Assembly (NCBI GenBank): GCA_963741955.1
Contig: CAVUKB010000005.1
Location: 800,001 to 864,000 of the forward strand
DNA length: 64,000 nucleotides
Direction of reading: 5' to 3'
DNA from: an uncultured Acidobacteriota bacterium
GTDB taxonomy: Bacteria > Acidobacteriota > Thermoanaerobaculia > Gp7-AA8
Below are positions 47,317 to 54,763 of the stretch, piece after piece (the first letter of the stretch is position 1; every line of letters begins with the position of its first letter). The notes below the pieces were generated by a model. The model saw nothing but the letters and a program-made list of their open reading frames with translations, was not told the origin of the DNA and ran no database searches. A program made the position numbers and the translations under genes.

Positions 47317-47769
47317 TTATTTCTTCACTGAGGGTACCAACTCTGGGTTGTACTTCTTCCAAACTGCAACGAAGCGATCCGCCGCTCGGCTGCTTGGCCG
47401 CCGGCCGAATCGAAAGGTGTTTTCGTCTCCCCACTGCCAGAGAATTCGGAGCGTCTGTTGGTCCTGAACGACCTTCGCAGCCTTGAGTTCCGTGTACGGA
47501 TTCCCGCGGCTGGTTATTACGGAAGACACAACGATGATTAACTCGGCATCTTCGGGTGTGTCGACGATCGTGAGCGGTGAGGGCTCCGGGAGATCATCGA
47601 GCATCTCCTTCACGATGTTATTGTGAAGTTCCAAGTCGCCGTCAGTGTCGATGAAGATTTTCGTTACACCGTGAAGTTCTTCTTCCTTACCATATTGGAG
47701 AGTTCCGGCGGCTGCCTGAATTGCAAAGAGCAGAGCTACTACCGAAATCAGAGAAACGCGACGACTCAT
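47317..47769 (-). CDS. Cassette: secreted hypothetical protein
   Basis: GAGGAG RBS; signal peptide MSRRVSLISVVALLFAIQAAA. Confidence 0.72.
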   Translation of the reverse strand: MSRRVSLISVVALLFAIQAAAGTLQYGKEEELHGVTKIFIDTDGDLELHNNIVKEMLDDLPEPSPLTIVDTPEDAELIIVVSSVITSRGNPYTELKAAKVVQDQQTLRILWQWGDENTFRFGRRPSSRAADRFVAVWKKYNPELVPSVKK

Positions 47770-47797
47770 CTCCTCGCTCCTGCGCCGTTCAACTGGC

Positions 47798-47897
47798 GCC
47801 TTACACTTCTTGCTCAGCGGCTGCTGCCGAGCGCTGAACCAAACCATACCGCAAACGCACCGTGACCTCAGGCCGCTGGAGACAGCGGGTTATAGGC
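47798..47897 (-). other. attC, degenerate cores
   Basis: GCCTTAC...GTTATAGGC; body resembles 36860 and 50058 sites. Confidence 0.7.
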
Positions 47898-47901
47898 GGC
47901 A

Positions 47902-48372
47902 TCACATCTTTTGAAGGGCGAGACGGCAGAGCCTCTCAACTTCTGCGGCATTTCTGTTTTCCCGGTGCCTACTGAAGGCTCCCTCAAGTTTTCGGAGACT
48001 GTCCGCGACATGAGCACTCCTGAGCGTCGTTTCGCTGCCAAGTAAGTCGCGGATGCACATCGGCGCCTCGTTTTCTCTGAGATACTCATCGTCGATTTCA
48101 GCCATGGCAGCCCACGTACAAAGAACGATGTCGCGCTTCCATGTAGTCTGCTCCTCGACTTTTCGCCAGAAGACATGATGCTTCTGAAGCGAACGTGACG
48201 GGCGATGCTTGGGACAATAAAGTTTGAGAGGCTCGGCTGTGAGGCAAAGCCAGCCCTCCTCGTGAGCTGCAGCAAGGGCCCTTAGAAGGGTGTCTCCAAT
48301 TCCTCCCGCAAAGTCGAGCGCGAGAGGACAACCTTCACTGGAGCATGTCATTCGAAAGCTGGCGATGGTCAC
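47902..48372 (-). CDS. Cassette: hypothetical protein with N-terminal Cys/His cluster
   Basis: CSSEGC...GW...YCPKH. Confidence 0.6.
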   Translation of the reverse strand: MTIASFRMTCSSEGCPLALDFAGGIGDTLLRALAAAHEEGWLCLTAEPLKLYCPKHRPSRSLQKHHVFWRKVEEQTTWKRDIVLCTWAAMAEIDDEYLRENEAPMCIRDLLGSETTLRSAHVADSLRKLEGAFSRHRENRNAAEVERLCRLALQKM

Positions 48373-48391
48373 TTGTGCGACTCCTCATGCC

Positions 48392-48493
48392 GCCTAACGG
48401 CTGTTGCTCAGCCGCCGGAACGCGCCACCAAGAACGAACGAGCTGCGACGACCGTGGGGCGCGTTCCGGTCGGCTGCAGCAACTTAGTTAGGT
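48392..48493 (-). other. attC
   Basis: GCCTAAC...GTTAGGT. Confidence 0.9.
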
Positions 48494-49062
48494 GGCCCGG
48501 CGAGGAGCCGGTAGGAACTGCCCACCTTTTCCCGGCGGATTCGCCCAACCTTCTCAAGCCACGAGCAGAGGTTAGCGAACTCGCGGCCATCCGCGACCCC
48601 AAGCAACGACTTTGCGTCTTTCTGAGCGACCGATCGTTGCGCCTGTATCAGCGCCACAAGTCGGTCGCCCACCAACGCGAGTTCTGCGCGGGCCGAGACG
48701 TCGGCTGCCCAACCTTCCAGCTCTCGCACGGAGCTCAACGCTTGCTGCATCTCACGGAGGCCGGCATGGTCACCGAGTGCCATCAGGACAGGCGCGCCGT
48801 CTCGCACGGCGACGGACTGAGCGATGTCCCAGCTCCCGTACTTTCGTCGCTCGCTGGTTACCACCTGTGCGAAGAGCGGCGTGGTCGCCTTCGCGAGCGC
48901 GGCGACCCGAGCGTATTGCTTCGCCGACTTTGCCTGCAGAATCTGGTCATGGAGGGCGAAGTAGCGATCGACCGAGTTGGAGGGGAGAGGAGAATCTGCA
49001 ACCCGGTCCGGTTCTGCGGTCGCCGCGCTACCTTGAAAAAGCCGTTTGAAGAACGATGTCAT
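48484..49062 (-). CDS. Cassette: hypothetical protein with C-terminal winged-helix-like segment
   Basis: QKDAKSLL...WLEKVGRIRREKVGSSYRL. Confidence 0.7.
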   Translation of the reverse strand: MTSFFKRLFQGSAATAEPDRVADSPLPSNSVDRYFALHDQILQAKSAKQYARVAALAKATTPLFAQVVTSERRKYGSWDIAQSVAVRDGAPVLMALGDHAGLREMQQALSSVRELEGWAADVSARAELALVGDRLVALIQAQRSVAQKDAKSLLGVADGREFANLCSWLEKVGRIRREKVGSSYRLLAGPPN

Positions 49063-49069
49063 TCAGGGT

Positions 49070-49170
49070 ACCTAACGGCCGCGGTTCACCTGCACGGGCA
49101 CGCCCCGCGACCGCAGCTTCATCAGTAATGGTAGCGCGTGCCCGTGTCAGGTGGAACCGCTTTGTTAGGT
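49070..49170 (-). other. attC
   Basis: ACCTAAC...GTTAGGT; near-identical to 49488-49588. Confidence 0.9.
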
Positions 49171-49482
49171 GCGCGATGCGTCTGGCGATGAGAGTGATAC
49201 GGTGACTTCGTCCACCTCGGGGCGAGCGCGAAACCAGGCATCGATTTTTGAGCGTTCACGGTCACCGATGGTCCGAGGGTTAGACTTGAACGTGATCGTG
49301 CCTCTCCACTCGCCCTCGGTTCCTACGGCACTCATCTCCAGATCCGCAGGCCCGAGAACCTCGCAAAAAAACGCGCGCATGGCGAGGCGCTGCTGATCGT
49401 GCGAGTAGTTCGCTTGAGCGCGCCATTGGAAGGTCACGCGTTCAGCACGGCGTTTCAGTTTTTCTCTCACGCGGTTCCGCAC
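49165..49482 (-). CDS. Cassette: small hypothetical protein
   Basis: ORF fills cassette; stop in attC core. Confidence 0.65.
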   Translation of the reverse strand: MRNRVREKLKRRAERVTFQWRAQANYSHDQQRLAMRAFFCEVLGPADLEMSAVGTEGEWRGTITFKSNPRTIGDRERSKIDAWFRARPEVDEVTVSLSSPDASRT

Positions 49483-49487
49483 GAAGC

Positions 49488-49588
49488 ACCTAACGGCCGC
49501 GGTTCACCTGCACGGGCACGCCCGCACACCGCAGCTTCATGGGTAATGGTAGCGCGTGCCCGTGGCAGGTGGAACCGCTTTGTTAGCT
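49488..49588 (-). other. attC
   Basis: ACCTAAC...GTTAGCT. Confidence 0.9.
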
Positions 49589-49593
49589 GCCGT

Positions 49594-50055
49594 ATGCTGA
49601 TGTTGATGAGAGTGGGTGATGTGATTGCAGTTCCTGCAGGCGATGCCGAGCGGGAGTGCCAGGTGCTGTACGTTTCTACATACTTTCGAGACGTTGTGCT
49701 TCTGGGAGTACTCCCGGCCGTGCAGGGCGAGCGTTATGAATTGCTGATCTACACAGCCGCGCTCGCGTCCGTGCGAGCGGGCGACTGGAAAATCGTTGGT
49801 ACGAAAGAACCGTTTGAGCCGGAACTCCTTTCGACGCGAATTGTGGCAACAGACGTCTGGAGAGGCGATGAGAAGCTGCGGCCGGCGAACAGTTCGGATC
49901 GTACATTGCTGCCGACGATGAGAGTGGCGGGACAGGGAGCTGTCGAAAAGATGCTTCAATCTCTGACGGCGAACGACCAGTCAAAGATGCTGATGCTCGC
50001 GCTCGGGGAAACTGCTCGGCTATTGGAAGGCGTTGAGCGAGGGGCGGTCGCTTAG
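49594..50055 (+). CDS. Cassette gene in inverted orientation; Imm26-like immunity protein (tentative)
   Basis: RVGDVIAVP...CQVLY...VRAGDWKIVG; plus-strand ORF fills the cassette. Confidence 0.6.
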   Translation: MLMLMRVGDVIAVPAGDAERECQVLYVSTYFRDVVLLGVLPAVQGERYELLIYTAALASVRAGDWKIVGTKEPFEPELLSTRIVATDVWRGDEKLRPANSSDRTLLPTMRVAGQGAVEKMLQSLTANDQSKMLMLALGETARLLEGVERGAVA

Positions 50056-50057
50056 GC

Positions 50058-50155
50058 AGCTAACGATTTGCTGCTCAGCGGCTGCCGCCGATCGCTGAAC
50101 AAAAGTGTAACGCAAAAGGACCGAGGCGGCAGTCCGCTGTAGCCGCGGGTTAGGC
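50058..50155 (-). other. attC
   Basis: AGCTAAC...GTTAGGC. Confidence 0.9.
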
Positions 50156-50503
50156 GGCGGGCTCTCGAAGCTTCAAAACGCCACGGTCGACCATCGTGCT
50201 CCAGAATGCCGGATCCTGCAGCGCGTATTCGAGAACGAAGCTGGCCGCACTTGTCCGCGTCGCCGGCATGATGACAAAGCCGGCGATCACTGCTGCGACG
50301 CACCAATACCAAGGCAGCCAAATGAAAGAAAGCAGACCGGCGATCGGCATGAGGCACCCAAGATTCTTCCAGAACAGGTGTGCGGCACGGACATTCGTTG
50401 GTAGTGCGCCCTTCTGATCGCAAACGTGCATTGCTGCCGAGCGGTCGACCGCGACCTCGATCTTTCCCTGTTTATAGGCACTGATGAACTCATCGTGCGT
50501 CAT
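50150..50503 (-). CDS. Cassette: small membrane protein
   Basis: AAGGTGG RBS; two TM helices; stop in attC core. Confidence 0.72.
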   Translation of the reverse strand: MTHDEFISAYKQGKIEVAVDRSAAMHVCDQKGALPTNVRAAHLFWKNLGCLMPIAGLLSFIWLPWYWCVAAVIAGFVIMPATRTSAASFVLEYALQDPAFWSTMVDRGVLKLREPAA

Positions 50504-50592
50504 TGAGCCACCTTGAAAGCAGAGATTGGCCGCGCAGCCTGAGCTTGGGGCCTGACGCGATCCGGTTCATGTCCATTCGGTGGGCGCCACGA

Positions 50593-50904
50593 TTACCGCA
50601 TCCGTGAGTAGTGGTGCGCCGATATTCGACGGGCGGTCTCCTCGAGCGCTGAGGTGTGTTTGTGATTCGGCAAATGACGACGTGCGTCTTCAGCGATTCG
50701 ACCCAGCGACTCCGCGTGCGCTCCTTTCAAAGTCTTCCCACCGTTGAGAAGGACTCGCAGGTGCTGAACCATGTCTTCGTCACGATCGTATGAAACTGGC
50801 ATTGCACGACGAACCTGTTCCGCTTTCTCAAGGAACTCGCGACGTTCTAAATCCTTCGTCTTGATGCGTCTCTCGCAGAGCTCTTCGAATGAAAGGCGCG
50901 GCAT
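50593..50904 (-). CDS. Cassette: small hypothetical protein
   Basis: GAGGAGG RBS. Confidence 0.65.
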   Translation of the reverse strand: MPRLSFEELCERRIKTKDLERREFLEKAEQVRRAMPVSYDRDEDMVQHLRVLLNGGKTLKGAHAESLGRIAEDARRHLPNHKHTSALEETARRISAHHYSRMR

Positions 50905-50940
50905 GTACTACCTCCTCGCGAAACAAGGGCGGCCCTCGCC

Positions 50941-51042
50941 GCCTAACGCCCGTGGCTGAGCCGCCAGCGCACGGCTCGGAAATGTTGCAAGATCGAGTAG
51001 TGGCTGAACGTGCGCTGGTCGGCTCGAGCCACTTTGTTAGGT
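50941..51042 (-). other. attC (first cassette)
   Basis: GCCTAAC...GTTAGGT. Confidence 0.9.
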
Positions 51043-51068
51043 GGGGCGCGGCATGCTGAGGCCGACGA

Positions 51069-51521
51069 TTAATTATTCTCGCAGGTGGCAACGAAGCTCA
51101 TCGCGTTCTGTTTACCGAAGTCGACATTTGTGAAGGTTTTATTATAGAGAACCGTCCCGTATCTGTAGTTGAGAACCACGGTGATCAGATTCTGTTCGTC
51201 GAGGTAGACGGCGAATGTCTCGTTCTCGTTGCTGCGCACGATCCTGTATGGCTGGTTGTCAACCATGAGCACATCGTCTCGTTCGAGAAGATGAATACGC
51301 AGAGGGCTTGAGTTCTTCTCCTTGAGGATCTCGACCACATGCTGCCCACTTTCGCCACGAGTCATGCCTGCCCACACATAATCGGCTCCTGAGCAAACAA
51401 TAGGAAACCCTTTCGCAACAGGCGAATTCGCACGTGTCGCCCTAAAATCGGCCGCGGTCGCTGGCGAGAAAGACAACAGGGCGAGCAAGAGCGTGCACGC
51501 GATGACAAAATTGATTCTCAT
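51069..51521 (-). CDS. Cassette 1 gene 3: secreted hypothetical protein
   Basis: GGAGGA RBS; signal peptide. Confidence 0.72.
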   Translation of the reverse strand: MRINFVIACTLLLALLSFSPATAADFRATRANSPVAKGFPIVCSGADYVWAGMTRGESGQHVVEILKEKNSSPLRIHLLERDDVLMVDNQPYRIVRSNENETFAVYLDEQNLITVVLNYRYGTVLYNKTFTNVDFGKQNAMSFVATCENN

Positions 51522-51545
51522 CGATCCTCCGCTGGAAGGTACCGG

Positions 51546-51758
51546 CTACTCCTTCCCCTGTTCTAAGTCGCTCAGGGTCTCACCGACTACCCGATGATCG
51601 GCCAACTGGTGGCGACAGGCACAGGACTCGTTCTCCGCTCCGTTCTCAAACCCATAGCCGCCTCCCTCGAGAAGAACCGCCGAAACCGAGCGAGAACATT
51701 CACAACGATCATGATCGCAGACGATGTCCACGGTCACTCGGAGAGATTCCCGAATCAT
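51546..51758 (-). CDS. Cassette 1 gene 2: small Cys-rich protein
   Basis: TAATG overlap with upstream stop; CDHDRC...CAC. Confidence 0.5.
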   Translation of the reverse strand: MIRESLRVTVDIVCDHDRCECSRSVSAVLLEGGGYGFENGAENESCACRHQLADHRVVGETLSDLEQGKE

Positions 51759-52138
51759 TACATGCCTTTCCACGCCCATCTGTAGAGTGTGCCCTTACTG
51801 TTCGCCCAGAACATCCTGTACGCCGTGTACCCATTAACGGCAGCCGGCGTATAGGTCGTTGTGCTGGTAGCCCACCCCGTATTGCCGGAAACGGTTGCCG
51901 TCGTGTTCGTGGTGGCTCGTCCGGGAGTTGTCCAAGTGCGGTCTGCAGCCCAGACTAGGACTTTGCCTCCCGAACCGTCGTCGAACACCTGTTGAGGGGG
52001 GCCCCAGCTCGCGATGAGGTCGTTAACATTCGCTCCCATCCAGGACTCCATCACCTTGTTTACGCTGCTGGCACACGATGTCGTGAATGGCAGAAGAGCG
52101 AGTAGCGGGAGAACCAACCATGCTTTGCGTTGCCGCAT
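51758..52138 (-). CDS. Cassette 1 gene 1: lipoprotein
   Basis: AGGAGG RBS; lipobox TTSC; SWMGANVNDLIASWGPP. Confidence 0.78.
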   Translation of the reverse strand: MRQRKAWLVLPLLALLPFTTSCASSVNKVMESWMGANVNDLIASWGPPQQVFDDGSGGKVLVWAADRTWTTPGRATTNTTATVSGNTGWATSTTTYTPAAVNGYTAYRMFWANSKGTLYRWAWKGM

Positions 52139-52193
52139 ATGCGCCTCCTGGACAGCTAGACGAAACAGCATATACCACGGATGACCCAGAAGC

Positions 52194-52212
52194 CCCTAAC
52201 TAGTGATTAAGC
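52194..52212 (-). mobile_element. Candidate attI simple site
   Basis: Minus strand GCTTAAT-CACTA-GTTAGGG (L box, 5-bp spacer, R box), 13 bp past the intI stop; no attC hairpin. Confidence 0.75.
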
Positions 52213-52213
52213 G

Positions 52214-52242
52214 ATTGTAGTAGACCTATCGAAAATTGAGAA
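52214..52242 (-). promoter_or_regulatory. Candidate Pc promoter
   Basis: TTCTCA-N17-TACAAT straddling the intI stop and pointing into attI. Confidence 0.45.
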
Positions 52243-53398
52243 ACCGGACGAGTTTTGACCAATAAAACCCGAACGAGGACATCGGAGATGACGACGTAAC
52301 TCCTTCATCATTCAAGGAGTTCTCCGCTTCGGTCGTTTCCGTGGCCGGTTGTTTCCGGACATTTCGTGACGCTTCATCCGCAATTTCGCCCGCGACGGAC
52401 CGGGCGGGTTCCTCGGCCAGAACCAGCCCGTCCGCGGGACTCCGCACCCCCTTCGTCCCGGGGCGGTTCAGTACGTGCGTGTAGATCATCGTCGTCGTCA
52501 CGTCGGCGTGTCCGAGCAGCTCCTGCACTGTTCGAATGTCGTAACCGTCCTCGAGGAGATGCGTCGCGAACGAGTGCCGGAAGCTGTGGCAGGTGACTTT
52601 CTTCGAGATCCCCGCTCGCGCCGTCGCCTCCTTCACCGCCCGCTGGAGGTGCTTCTCCATGACATGGTGGCGGCGCCGGATGCCGCTCCGAGGATCGGTC
52701 GACACGTGTCGTGACGGAAATACCCACTGCCACGGCCACTCCCGCCCCGCGTTCGGATACTTCCGCTCCAGGGCATCCGGAAGCCACACCCCCGCAAGCC
52801 CCTCCTCACGGTCCGACTTCCACAACCCTTCGAGCCGGGCGAGGTGCGCACGCAGCGGCGCGACGAGCGTTTCCGGCAGCGTGGTCACCCGATCCTTTCT
52901 CCCCTTCCCGTCCCGGACGGTCACCTCCAGCCGCTCGAGCTCGAGATCCTTGATGCGCAGGCGCAGGCACTCGATCTGCCGCAATCCTCCCCCATAGAGC
53001 AGACCCGCCATCAGCCGCGGCGTCCCACTCATCTGCCCAATCAGCTTCGCCACCTCGATCCTGGTGAGCACCACCGGGAGCCGCTTCGGCTTCTTCGCAC
53101 GAATCACCTCCAACGGCTGAAGCTCTTCCTTCAACACCTCGCGATACAGGAACAGGATCGCCGACAACGCCTGGTTCTGGGTCGAAGAGGAGACGTGCCC
53201 GTCGACCGCGAGATGCGTGAGATAGCGGTTGATCTCCTCCGATCCCATCGAGGAGGGATGGCGTTTGTTGTGGAAGAGGATGAACCGCCGGATCCATTGA
53301 AGGTAGGTTTCTTCGGTGCGGGAGCTGTAATGCTTCGCCCGGATCGTGTCGCGTACCTGATCAAGAAGCTTCGGAGGCTTCGGTGCGGCGTCGTACAT
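52226..53398 (-). CDS. intI: Integron integrase
   Basis: [23 protein letters not shown], IntI-specific [53 protein letters not shown]...TTMIYTHV. Confidence 0.97.
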   Translation of the reverse strand: MYDAAPKPPKLLDQVRDTIRAKHYSSRTEETYLQWIRRFILFHNKRHPSSMGSEEINRYLTHLAVDGHVSSSTQNQALSAILFLYREVLKEELQPLEVIRAKKPKRLPVVLTRIEVAKLIGQMSGTPRLMAGLLYGGGLRQIECLRLRIKDLELERLEVTVRDGKGRKDRVTTLPETLVAPLRAHLARLEGLWKSDREEGLAGVWLPDALERKYPNAGREWPWQWVFPSRHVSTDPRSGIRRRHHVMEKHLQRAVKEATARAGISKKVTCHSFRHSFATHLLEDGYDIRTVQELLGHADVTTTMIYTHVLNRPGTKGVRSPADGLVLAEEPARSVAGEIADEASRNVRKQPATETTEAENSLNDEGVTSSSPMSSFGFYWSKLVRFLNFR

Positions 53399-53884
53399 CG
53401 GGACCGAGGTTCCCTCGGTCGGGACGGAGAGTCAAGGGCATCCTGTTTTCACGCGCCATCTCGCGCCACCGGCGCCGGACGGACTCCGTCCCCTTCGGTG
53501 TACATGGGCGCCGACGAGAGAGAGCATTTGTGGTCATTGTACCTCGGCGGCCGTGTCGGGGGAGTGTGCCCGTCGCGGTTCGTCCTGGCCTGACGAGGAG
53601 CGGCGTTTACGGCCCGCGGTTCTCGCGCACGATTTGCGCGACAACGGACGGACTCCAACCCACGTCGGTGCACGATGGACCATTCCCCGTCCGTCGACGC
53701 CATCGCTCCGGAGGCGCGACCCGGTTTGCGTGGCGTCTCAGGCGGTGCCGCACCGGGTCTGCAGGAGCTTGCCCATTCGCCGATGCCAGCGCGACCGGCA
53801 GAAGCACCACACCAGCGAGATCACGATCGGGACGATCGAGAAGACGAGGAGGCGCCGGCGTCGTTCGCCTCAGCTCCGCACCCC

Positions 53885-54763
53885 TCACTCCCCCGGCACG
53901 TCTCCCTCTCCCGCGATCAACTCCCGTCCCCTCTTCGCTCCCGACTCGTACGCCGGTCGCAGCATCTCCACGATCGGCTCCTCTCCCCTCCAGAACGGCA
54001 CCCCGCCCAGTCGTTGAAGGAGCGCGGCAGGTCGGGCCTCCGCCCCCGGCTCGACCGCGAACGACACGTCCGGCCGCCGACCTTCCCAGAAAGTCCCGGG
54101 CGGCGGTGACCCTCGCTGCAGGATCTCGCTCACGCCGTCGCCGGCATCCTCCTCGATCTCCATCTCCATCGCGCCCGCGCTCCCGACCAGCTCTGCCGGA
54201 TCGATTCCCCGCATGCGGAAGATCAGAAACGGATCGCGATCGAACTCCTCGCCGAGGAGGTAGTAGACCGCCGCGATGTGCTTGCACGGGTTCGACCAGT
54301 CGGGGCACGAGCAATCCGTTCGCAGCTCGCTGGCGCGCGAAGGGAAGAGCGACACGTTCGCGGTCCGGAAAACCTCTTCGATCTCCTCCGGCATCTTTCC
54401 CGCGAGCAGCGTTGCCGGGATGTACGGCTGCCCGGCGACTGCACGCTGCAACCTGCCGATCTCCTTCGTCTCCGCGACCGGAACGTGGATCGAGACCAGA
54501 TACGGCCGCGGTCTCGATCCTTGCACCGATGCGCGAACGTTTCCGGGCTCGATCTCGATCGACAAGACCTGACCCTTCCGCGCGTACGACCGCCCGCGCT
54601 GGAGTCGTCCTCCCAGGTTCAACGATTCGAGCACCTCGATCCATCGGCGCGCCCACCACTGCGTGGCGAACGCTCCCCGTTTCGATCGCGATTTGATTCC
54701 ACCCTTCGCCGCGATCGGCGTCGACTTCGGGTAGAAATTCCGCCACCAGCCGTCTCGACTCAT
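53885..54763 (-). CDS. SWIM zinc-finger protein
   Basis: RLQRGRSYAR; CSCPDWSNPCKHIAA; DPFLIFRMRG. Confidence 0.92.
   Translation of the reverse strand: MSRDGWWRNFYPKSTPIAAKGGIKSRSKRGAFATQWWARRWIEVLESLNLGGRLQRGRSYARKGQVLSIEIEPGNVRASVQGSRPRPYLVSIHVPVAETKEIGRLQRAVAGQPYIPATLLAGKMPEEIEEVFRTANVSLFPSRASELRTDCSCPDWSNPCKHIAAVYYLLGEEFDRDPFLIFRMRGIDPAELVGSAGAMEMEIEEDAGDGVSEILQRGSPPPGTFWEGRRPDVSFAVEPGAEARPAALLQRLGGVPFWRGEEPIVEMLRPAYESGAKRGRELIAGEGDVPGE

Larger units (their letters stand above)
27243..53398 (-). mobile_element. Chromosomal integron, inverted-integrase layout, 31 cassettes
   Basis: intI, attI and 31 attC hairpins alternating with short minus-strand ORFs; cassette ends are mutually complementary. 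Confidence 0.95.

Noticed and set aside
27243-51042. attC hairpins as terminators, REPs or CRISPR repeats
   Set aside because: They have RYYYAAC/GTTRRRY cores, lack U-tracts, alternate with whole genes and sit beside an IntI.
53399-53884. attI or cassettes upstream of intI (canonical layout)
   Set aside because: No attC-like palindrome or cassette ORF lies there; the array is on the 3' side.
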